Positions 18,101 through 26,900 of a stretch of 64,000 nucleotides of DNA are shown in pieces. Numbering within the stretch: position 1 is the stretch's first letter; the number at the start of each line of letters is the position of its first letter. The stretch lies in the IMG/VR virus record IMGVR_UViG_3300045988_176633; one strand, given 5' to 3'. The position numbers and the translations under genes are program-made. The notes below the pieces were generated by a model, which made no database searches, was not told the origin of the DNA, and saw only the letters and a program-made list of their open reading frames with translations. Source of the stretch: a virus.

Positions 18101-19865
18101 AAGAATCTTTCACAATAAAAGTTACATCAAAAATAGGGATTAATTGCATCGTGACATTCTCAATCATATCGTCACGAACAAGGACTGACTTATCAACCGG
18201 ATAATACTTTTCCTTCTCAACTGTATACAGATATAAATCTGGATAAGCCATGAAGAATGTACTACCATCTTGACCTGTTGATTTAACCTCATTATTGAAT
18301 TTAACAACAGCTCCTAAAATAGCTTTAGCTTGTTCATTCTTGACAACAAAAGTTACCTTACGTTTGTAAAGTTCTCCTTGCATTTGTATATAACAAATCT
18401 GCTCATCTCCTTCGATTTCTTCTTCTACATATAGAACATTATTGACAATAGAAATGAAAAGGTTTTTTTCAACTGAATAAAGATAATCGCCAGGATAAAG
18501 ATCAAGAGTTACTTCACCATTAATATCTGTTTGCAATTCTTGATCTGCTATTGTAATAGTAGCTCCTTTAATATATTCTTTTCTTTCAGAAAAAACCTTG
18601 AAACGTACAGTTGTTTTTGTAAGAGCTTTAATCTCTTCACTAGCAAAAATATTTTTATATGAAACTAAATAAGTTTCTATAAATTGATCTATAGTAGATG
18701 TAGAAGAATAAGAATTATTCCTATAATAGGAGGCGATTATGTTTTTCTCCCCTAGATAACCTTGATAGAAAGGTAAATATATTGGTTTGATCTTTATATC
18801 ATAAATATTTAAATTTGAACTAACTTTAGTTCGATCTTGAACCAAATACAAAGACATGTATTTGATACCTTCTACAAATCTTAATCCTCTTCCATTAGGG
18901 AAATTCAGGGCTACTTCGTCGACAAAACTTCTATTTTTCTTTGAAATTGTTGCTCTTAACTCATAATAAATATCGGCGTTGTTTAACGTAACAGAAGCGT
19001 CATTTTTAACAAATGAATTGCTTTGTACAGTACCAATCGATTCAATACAAGAAACAGGTCTCTTCAATTCATCATAAACTTGGACTCCAAAAGTCAAATT
19101 CATGTTTTGAATATTATCTGTTTTTAAACGTAAAGAAACTTGATAAGCTAAATCTTCATCAACTACTAGAAGTTTATCTAAATCTCCTTCTGAACTGATT
19201 CCTACCAACTCATTTCCTATAAAAGTCATAGTTTGGATAGGTTCATTATCGTTGTCTACATCAGCTTGTAAAATAACACCACTAGGATTGATTAATGGAT
19301 ATTTATCTAAATTTTCAATATTGCTTGAACATTCGTAGGCTTTGGTTATATTCTCAACTGTATCTGTCCTATTCCAAGTAGGAGAGCTATGTCCTAATGT
19401 CCAACCACTATCTTTAGGAGCTAGAAGGGCAAAGATGAATTCATTTAAATCGTTGTATCGAATCAAACGAAGAAGTTCTCCTAATATAGTACCTTCTTTT
19501 GAAACGATATCCATACGACCTCTTTTTCTATACTCTTCTACATAGTTGTTGAAAAGATATTGCATTTGTTCTGTCGTATCAACAGTATCGGTTACCAAAC
19601 CTCTTTCTTTGATAAAGATATCAAATAAGATCTTGTTTACATCAATCTCTTCGTATTGTCGTCCATATAATACAACAATCGCAAAAAGATGTGTCACAGA
19701 TCCCCAAAACGAAACAAAATCTTCATTTTGTTTATTAAAAAAAACAGGAAGAATACCTGGACTACATATTTTATCCAAGACATTCTGTGCCCAAGCCTGA
19801 ATTTTAATATCATTCTTTTCAAAGAATTTTTTAAATATAGTTCTATTATATATTATATCTGCCAT
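15132..19865 (-). CDS. giant tail fibre protein: N-terminal anchor, about 9 CarboxypepD_reg-like beta-sandwich repeats, C-terminal BspA-type leucine-rich repeats
   Basis: 1577-aa ORF. Repeats resemble FIVKDSSSNPIQGARINFNNTYIDTNEQGQAVFKDVLVGTFNYRIEK. The C-terminus carries reiterated F(N/R)(G/N)C(T/S)(S/A)L(S/R)S(I/L/V) units. Confidence 0.75.
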   Translation of the reverse strand: MADIIYNRTIFKKFFEKNDIKIQAWAQNVLDKICSPGILPVFFNKQNEDFVSFWGSVTHLFAIVVLYGRQYEEIDVNKILFDIFIKERGLVTDTVDTTEQMQYLFNNYVEEYRKRGRMDIVSKEGTILGELLRLIRYNDLNEFIFALLAPKDSGWTLGHSSPTWNRTDTVENITKAYECSSNIENLDKYPLINPSGVILQADVDNDNEPIQTMTFIGNELVGISSEGDLDKLLVVDEDLAYQVSLRLKTDNIQNMNLTFGVQVYDELKRPVSCIESIGTVQSNSFVKNDASVTLNNADIYYELRATISKKNRSFVDEVALNFPNGRGLRFVEGIKYMSLYLVQDRTKVSSNLNIYDIKIKPIYLPFYQGYLGEKNIIASYYRNNSYSSTSTIDQFIETYLVSYKNIFASEEIKALTKTTVRFKVFSERKEYIKGATITIADQELQTDINGEVTLDLYPGDYLYSVEKNLFISIVNNVLYVEEEIEGDEQICYIQMQGELYKRKVTFVVKNEQAKAILGAVVKFNNEVKSTGQDGSTFFMAYPDLYLYTVEKEKYYPVDKSVLVRDDMIENVTMQLIPIFDVTFIVKDSSSNPIQGARINFNNTYIDTNEQGQAVFKDVLVGTFNYRIEKIDWLPVTGSVTVTNAPVTQNITMNPVPTYNVTFTTRGVNYQGVVSLLTGVSVTFAGSTKISDSSGQVSFIVKAGSYSLTATKAGYNDYKNTISVDEDSDIEIRMNQKVYVVTFVVQDDNNKKLSGVSIQVENNPIITTNAQGQATINLPDGSFNYTATLNEYHTITDLFGVNGGPETVNITMSQKMYQVTATVREEGQISVGATVTLGSYSGESDSQGKVSTELPNGSYNWTAKKTIYASQQGQFVVNSAPYVFDINLVRRNGQVTFMVVDDLGKPVEAATVVCNNITRITNSQGKAKYTLPIDSYDYEVSKRPEYTSVSGEVSITDTPQTINVLLTNKTYNINFTVTNTNGNAVPNATIVLDGDTKTTDTSGKVTFPDKRNGLYNWTIQAVGYYDKEGTVQVSNNDANQQVSLTYSLREFTVTTLIDGSNASGVNISYTVYESADSNVVVSSGNGSSDYQGKYVINAPYSAYVLLKVEESGCLPITTRRIAINTTGLVVALYKALILRMSSQRLPSFGSSVDYEWSGNELKIVGGSRTNPSTLNFNCQNNTSVLAVTQWPGYFPINGTSVFNGCTSLSSLASGSPNISGSIESWFRNCTALRSIPSGLLLNVSGSDASNCFRGSGITSVPLDLFGSNLTLFASVFRDCKSLSSVSGSPFRNGTDFESAFNGCSSLSSVGSSIFPRNAESFYYTFANSGISSIPSGLFDSCVYATTFEGLVSSCTNLRSIPARCFRNCTRATNFNVLAHSCILLSSIGSDCFPTSASSFSWSFIDCKSLTDISGCKIENGNVTTWARAFEGSGVQRIPPRFFAGQSRLVSVASCFKNCTNLTEWAPDGGAESSHGTFNGCTSLQNMSEFLNGCIRVGDSTYNSLQVIVISQNIASTVTNWNYAFLNCSELQSMPIIAESKPITLGWLWDLAPSSASHYQTFKGCSKISYSNLIPSGWK
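15135..16343 (-). repeat. BspA-like (LRR_5-type) leucine-rich repeat region of the 1577-aa fibre (approximate bounds)
   Basis: Units include FNGCTSLSSL, FRNCTALRSIPSGL, FRDCKSLSSV, FNGCSSLSSV, SSCTNLRSIPARCFRNC, FIDCKSLTDI, FKNCTNLTEW, FNGCTSLQNM and FLNCSELQSM. Confidence 0.65.
16476..18614 (-). repeat. array of about 9 CarboxypepD_reg-like domain repeats (protein level, approximate bounds)
   Basis: Period is about 80-90 aa. Recurring pattern: V(T/F)F.V.D..(G/N).P(I/V).GA.(V/I).....(T/S).(T/S)...G.(A/V)......G.Y.Y.(V/I).K.GY. Confidence 0.7.
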
Positions 19866-19992
19866 AATTAAGTTGTTTCCAACGATTCAAAGTTACTAAA
19901 ATGAAAGCAAACTATAACCAACAACAGTGTCAAAGCAAACTTTTTCAACCGCATAAAGATATCTACTTCCTTCATAACAAACAACATTTATT

Positions 19993-20874
19993 TTGTTTTT
20001 AAACACCTCAATCACTCTCCAGAAGGCAGCTAAACTTGTACAGATCACGACTCCACTGAATACAGAAACTGCAATTAATATTGAAAGTGGATTTTCAAAG
20101 TTAGAGTGGTGTTTAGTACACGCAGGTGCAGGTGGAGGAGGTGGAAATGTAAGATATCCAGGCGGAGGAGGTGGAGGAGGAAGTACTATTCTTGGAGAAT
20201 TATTAACTTTATTAGATGGCGGCACTTATACTGGAGGTTATATTATAAGAAGTGGTGGAGTTGGAGGCGAAGGTAGAACTTCTATAGCTCCAGGAGGTAT
20301 AGGAAAAGAACCAGATATGGCTAATATCTGGTTTAAAAAGAATGGAAGTTATGTTTACAATATTTTACACCAATTTAATGGTAACGGAGGATCAGGAGCT
20401 GGTAGTGGAGGAAGTAACGGAGGTCCTGGTAGTGGTCTTCTTAATACATTTGGTGTAAAACTTGGTATAGGTGGCGGCGGTGGTGGAGGTAGCGAAGGAG
20501 AAACCGATTTTGCTGCAGGTGGTGCAGGTGGTGCAGGTGGTGCAGTTTATTATAACGGTACAACTTATAATGGAGGAAAGGGTTACAGCCCATCTAATAT
20601 TTCAGTTCCAAATGGTGGCGGCGGCGGCAGTGGTGCTAGTAGTACAAATATAGGAAAGAATGCTGTGAATTACATAGGAGCATTAAGTGTTGGTGTACCT
20701 AATGATTTTGAAAAATATGGAATAACTGGAAGCGGTGAAGGTGGAAATGGAGGAAAAATAGGTTCAGGTGGAGAAAGTTCTCTTCCAAACTATGGTTCAG
20801 GTGGAAAAGGTGGAAAAATAAAAGAAAGTGGATTATCTGGACAACAAGGTATTCTTTTTATTTATTATCATTAA
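19993..20874 (+). CDS. silent or alternative Gly-rich C-terminal cassette for the 2097-aa fibre protein (only plus-strand ORF judged real)
   Basis: There is no ATG: the frame opens at 19978 after a TAA, and the track start is a TTG. Codons 4-21 (NTSITLQKAAKLVQITTP) are nucleotide-identical to codons 1756-1773 of 20921..27214 in inverted orientation. The rest is a diverged homologue of that protein's C-terminus. Confidence 0.7.
   Translation: MFLNTSITLQKAAKLVQITTPLNTETAINIESGFSKLEWCLVHAGAGGGGGNVRYPGGGGGGGSTILGELLTLLDGGTYTGGYIIRSGGVGGEGRTSIAPGGIGKEPDMANIWFKKNGSYVYNILHQFNGNGGSGAGSGGSNGGPGSGLLNTFGVKLGIGGGGGGGSEGETDFAAGGAGGAGGAVYYNGTTYNGGKGYSPSNISVPNGGGGGSGASSTNIGKNAVNYIGALSVGVPNDFEKYGITGSGEGGNGGKIGSGGESSLPNYGSGGKGGKIKESGLSGQQGILFIYYH
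20002..20055. repeat. inverted repeat, left arm (IR-L), 54 bp perfect
   Basis: AACACCTCAATCACTCTCCAGAAGGCAGCTAAACTTGTACAGATCACGACTCCA is the exact reverse complement of 21896..21949. Mismatches begin immediately outside. Confidence 0.95.
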
Positions 20875-20887
20875 TTTAAATAAAACA

Positions 20888-20913
20888 AGGGCCTGGAAAT
20901 GAATCCAGGCCCT
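20888..20913. terminator. bidirectional terminator hairpin between the convergent stop codons
   Basis: AGGGCCTGG (20888-20896) pairs with CCAGGCCCT (20905-20913) around an 8-nt loop. A/T-rich flanks. Sits in the 46-nt gap between the stops at 20874 and 20921. Confidence 0.75.
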
Positions 20914-20920
20914 ATTCAAT

Positions 20921-23900
20921 TTATTTATAGTATAATTCAATAATACCTTGTCCTCCATTTCCTCCGTTTCCACCTTTATATGAAGAATTGTAAACTCTTC
21001 CACCTCCTCCTCCACCAGCTCCATACTCTCCTAGACCACCGTTTCCACCATCGCTAGTAGTGCTGCTACCATTTCCACCATTTCCACCTTTACCAAAGGA
21101 TCCACCTCCACCACCTCCTCCTGAAGAATTACTTCCACTTGTTCCACTTCCACCTGTTCCACCATCACCTTTTGAAGGTAAAAGAATATCTGGAATGACT
21201 GTATAAGTACTAGTTCCAAATCCACTTCCACCTGTTCCGTAATTTCCACCATCAATTGTTGATCTATTGGTATAACCAGAACCACCATCTCCTCCTGTAC
21301 CATTTCCTCTATTTAAATTTCCTCCTTCACTAACACCACCTTTACCTCCTCCTGTTGTATGCGCTAGACCTTTACCACCTATCGCTCCTTGAATACTACC
21401 AGCATTTACACGGTTATTTCTAGCACCTCCTCCTCCACCACCTCCCCAATCGGGTGTAGATGATTCTTGATAAGAACCACCACCACCACCTCCTCCTCCA
21501 CAACCCTTATTATTGTTAGAAGGGTTAACACTACCACCATCTCCTCCGTCTCCCCTACTTTCATTGTTTAATTGAGAAGCACCGTATCCCCAACGACCTG
21601 AATATGCTTGATGTACTACATCTTCAATAGTAACAATACTCTCGTAACCATCATTACCAGTATAACCTTGAGTAGTCGTACTACCTCCTGCACCTCCTGC
21701 ACCTGCATTACCAACTACGAGTTTTAAATTTGATATACTTGTTGTATGATCTTTTATATAAACAATTCCACCTCCTCCGCCTCCACCTCCTGCTGCAATA
21801 TTGTTTCCACCTCCTCCGCCTCCACCTCCTGCTGCAATAAGAAAATCAACATTTGTATATCCTGGTTCTATTTGTTGATTAATTTCTGCACCCAATGGAG
21901 TCGTGATCTGTACAAGTTTAGCTGCCTTCTGGAGAGTGATTGAGGTGTTGATTGAATCATTCGACCCAGACATCGTCACAGTTCCAGTCTTAGTCACATA
22001 TCCAGCCGCACTCACTGAATAGCTTAACGTTCCTGCTGCAATTCCAGCTTTTGAAGCTGCTCCACTTGAATTTGTCGTTAAAGTCCCCGTTGCTATTCCA
22101 GTTAACGTTATTTTTGCTCCTGAAATAGGACCGTTAGCGTCAGAAATAGTAAATTGTGCTGTATATAAAGCAGTTAAAGCGATATTGATAGTTGATGTAC
22201 TTGAAATTGTATACGATTGACTAAACGCTTTCCAATATGTACCTGCATCAATTGCTATTGTATGACTTCCGTAAAGTACATTTGACATTGTGATGTTACC
22301 AGAAGAATTTGTCGTACCTTTTGATGTACCATCCAATTTCACTGTGACACCATTTCTATTAACACCCGCTCTTTTAACATTCACAACAAATGTATAATAT
22401 CTCAAAAGAGCATAAGTTGCACTCTGACTATGAGAACTTCGACTTACAGTTACACTACCAGTCGTATCTTTGTAACCAGATTTTGAAATCGTGTAAGTGT
22501 AAGAACCTGGTTTCACATTTGGAATTGTAGCAACTCCACTTGAATCTGTCGTACCTGTAAAAGTACCTAAACTTGAGTTGACAAGTTTAACAGTTGCACT
22601 ACCGACATTTGCACCAGACGTTGTATTTTCTTTAACTGTCGCTGTAAATGTAACCAAATACTGTAAACTTGCATTTACAGTTTGATTACTCAAACCAACT
22701 GTAACATTACCCGACCAAGTTTGATATCCACTTAATTCAACAGTGCAAGCATAAGCTGCTGACTGTGATTGCATTGTTACAGCTAATTGACCACTTGAAT
22801 TTGTCGTACCCTTTGATGTACCAGCAACTTTCACTGTCGCTCCAGAAAGAGCTGTACCAGCGTCATCTTTAGCGATAAATGTAACTGTTACTTGACTGGT
22901 TAAAGTAATTTGTTGATTAACGTTTGTACCATTAACTGTTACACTTCCTGATTTAGCTTGATAAGGTGATTTAGCAGCACTACTCCAATTGTACGTACCA
23001 TCTATTACATTAGAGAAAATCGCCTGACCACTTGCATTTGTAGTTACAGTTTGATTATTCATAGTAACTGAAATACCAGAAAGAGCTGTACCAGCATAAT
23101 TAACAAAAGTCAAAGTAACCGTACTATACTTCTCTAAAGTAACATTGATCGTCTGATTTGCATTGACAATGTTAAATGAACCAGAAGCTGATCTATATCC
23201 ACTTAAAGAAGCAGTCCAAGAAACGGCACCATTTAAAGTTGCATCGTTTTTAGCACTAGCAGCTAAAATCCATTGACCGCTGGAATTTGTCGTTCCATTT
23301 GCAGTAGAAGTTCCACCAATAGTTTTAACATTACTAATACTAACAGAAGCCCCGTTTAAATTCGTTGTCTTGTACTTAACATTAAAAGTAACACCCCAAT
23401 ATTTGTAGTTCTGCATTTGTACTTGAACCGTTTTATCCGCAGAACTTACTGTTGTGCTTCCAGGTTGTTGTTTGTATCCACTAGCATCTGTTGTGTAAGT
23501 ATAATTTCCATTAGGGACATCAACTGAAATATTTCCATTAGAATCTGTCGTACCAGATTTGACTGTCGTACCAGAACTATTCTTGATAACAACAGTAGCT
23601 CCACTTAAATTTGCCACACCATTTTTAACATTTAAAGTTAATAACCCTCCATGAACCATAGTTAAGTTCACATACGAAGTTTCATCCTCTTTAACATTGA
23701 CAGTACCAGTTATCGTTTGATAACTTACAAGACTTACTTTGTAAGTATGATTCCCTGCTGACAGCGAAACGTTGACTTGTCCATCAACACCTGTTTGATA
23801 GTTGGTAACGTTATCGATCAAAATATTAGCACCTTGTAAAGGATCAGTTCCATCTGTAACTGTAAAGACAGCTCTTTTGCCTCGTTTCAATGAAATAGCT

Positions 23901-26900
23901 ACTGTCTTATTTGCATTAGCAATAGTATCGTCTCCTTCACCTGTTGAATAATCTGAGAAAGACGCTCCCCAATGAAACGAACCGTTTATCGCTTGAACCT
24001 GAGGTGTACGTCCTGCGTCATTTGTCGTTAATTCAATCGACGATTGACCAGCAGGAAGAACAATAGCTTCACCACTTACAACAACTTTGGCTCCTGATAA
24101 GATCGTCCCTTGTTCTCCTGTAACTGTAAAATCTAATAAATAAATCCTATCAATTTGAACATTGATCGTATCAATGCCTGTAACAGTTATTTGAGTTGTC
24201 GTACTGATGTAATTCTGTTTTGTGATAGAAACTTCAAAATCACCTTTTGGAAGTTGTAAAACTGCTTCACCACTTGCATTTGTTAAAACTGATTGACCCT
24301 TTGCCGATACAACAGCATCTTGAACTAAAGCAGGTGTTGGAGTTGTTTTATCTCTTACCACAAATGTGATCGGATAAGTAACTGGATCTAAAGAAACTTG
24401 TACACTTGTATCTGAATTACTTACCGTTACAGAACCTGTCTTTGTTTGAAATTCTGTTGCAGATATCTCATATTGATGTATACCATTTACCAAACCAATC
24501 ACCGCAATACCACCAGCATTAGTCTCTACCGTTATTCCTTCAACTGTTATCGAAGCACCTTCAACTGGAACACCTTCACTCGTAACAGAAAAGATAACGT
24601 TCCAAGGTCTCAATACCATTGGTACATCTACAGATACATTGGAATTATTAACAACTAAAGTTCTATCAACATCTACATAACCAATTTTAGTCACTGTATA
24701 GTCATAAGAACCATTGATTAACGTCAACTTCACTAAACCATCTTGACCTGTTGAATATTGTTGACCATTTATATTGATAACTGCTCCTTGAATAGGAGTG
24801 TTTCCGTCTTTGACAGAGAAAGTTATCGACCAGGGATAATCAACCATTTTAGCGACAACGCTAACATCGTTATCTTTCACCAGAACAGATCCTGAAAAGT
24901 CATAATAACCCAATTTTTCAACCTTATAAGGATAGGTCCCATTTTGCAAACCAATTTGCACTTTACCACCTTCATCGGTTACAAGTACTTGATCTGAAAT
25001 AGATACTAAAGCATCTTGAATGGGGTTGTTCTTAGAATCGACAACAGTTATGAAAACATCGTAATGTCTGAAATCTAACTGATAGACGAAATCAGCGTCT
25101 GATGTATCAATGTTAAAATTAATCGTTAAATCGTCATAAATTGGATTTGTGATTGTACCAGTATATTCACCATTTGTCAATCTAAAAACAACTAATCCAT
25201 TGCTATTGGTACGAGCAACTAATCCATTGTTCAACGTTATTAACGCATCTGGAATCACTTTACCAGAAACAAGTTCAATGACCTTAATAGTAACATTATA
25301 CTTGTAAAGATCCATTTCGATAGTTCTTGTTTCATCTTGATTTAAAACCACAATAAGAGCTTGTGTATCTACATATCCTGGTTTACTAAATTTAGCAAGA
25401 TAACTTCCATTGATCAAACTAACTTGAACCTTACCATCGTCATCTGTCACATAACTATCACTACCTATCTCAACTAAAACACCTGAAATAAAATTCTCAG
25501 AATTGAGACCTTTTACGAAAATTGTTTGTACCCATTTATGATAATATAAAGTAACTGGTACATAAACATCTGAATTATCAACAACGACAGAACTTCCTTC
25601 ATTAGAATCAAAACCTAATTTTTCAACTGTATAAGGATAGGTCCCATTTTTCACCAACACTGTTGCTTCACCGTTGACATTAGTTGTTAAAGTTTGATTA
25701 GCAATAGAAATGGTTGCGTCTACAACTGGTACACCAAATTGATCTTCAACCATGAAACTAACCTGAAATGGAGCTAATTCTAATACAATACCAATGTAAA
25801 CCGGCGCATTCAATACAACAAATTGTCCTTGTTGTTGTTTATACTTTTCTTTACTAGCAGTATAAATGTAATTACCATTTACCAAAGAAATAGTCGCTAA
25901 ACCATCTTCATCTATGATAACAGATCCACTACCAACAGAGATTCTCACACCCGACAACGGATTACCATCTTCATCTGTGATAGTAAAATAAACTGGTTGT
26001 CTAAGTGCTAATGCACTATCATTTAAACCTTGAAATAAATCCTCTTGTCCTGCAGGATAAAACATAGGAGAGAGTTCACTTCCAGCATCGTATAAAACAA
26101 TACCTTCAAGATTTCTCATTACGAATCCTTTAATTCTAGGAAGTTGATTAGGTGGAACTTCTTGGTCGTAATATGGAAAGAAATATTCGTCAGGAACATA
26201 TTTGACACCTTCAGCATTCTTCACGATACCAAGTAGATCATCCCATTGAACGATCTTACCTGCTTCCCAGAATCGAAAGTCGAGATATTTTGTCAAAGCT
26301 ACCTGAATATTTTTTCTTACTGTAGCTACATCGTAAGAAGGATCAATTTCTATTCGAAAATCCATCCCACGCTCACTACCAATAAAAAACCATTCAGCAT
26401 TCTTTAATTGAATCCCAACAACGTTTCCTTCGAGGTTTAATTCAAAAAGTCCAAAATAACTTTTAGATTTCTCTAATAAAGTCTCTAATTCATCCTGTGT
26501 GAATAAAATTCCATTTTGACTTACTAGATAAAGATAAAAGATTCCATCTTCTCCCAACCCAACATTTAATACTTTCAAAATACGATCATCGATATTTTGG
26601 AATATTTGAGTATAATATTCCAACGTTCCTTTAGAAAGTGTGTTGAGGTTAGTCATGATCCTAATACGAAAAGTCTCATCATCTTCACTATCTCTACCAC
26701 CTGTAGCCATGTATTCATTAGTGCATTCAATATGACCACTAGGAGCAGGAGTGACGTTGATAATACTATTTGCATCGACATTTGTAACCAATCCTTGGTT
26801 AACACTTCTGACACTTACATATGCATAACCAGATCTACCAACTGTAACAGATTCATTTACAGAGAAACGAATACCGTTTTGATTTACAAAGAAATTAGTT

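Noticed and set aside
19896-20225. 109-aa minus-strand ORF with poly-Pro runs (PPPPPPPGYLTFPPPPPAP)
   Set aside because: It is the antisense reading of the GGN-rich Gly codons of the plus-strand cassette and of IR-L. The proline runs are a mirror artefact, and there is no independent support.
20471-21303. Short ORFs 20471..20653 (+), 20833..21024 (-) and 21031..21303 (-) rich in V/E/Q
   Set aside because: They are alternative-frame or antisense shadows of the Gly-rich coding sequence. 20833..21024 would also read through the bidirectional terminator.
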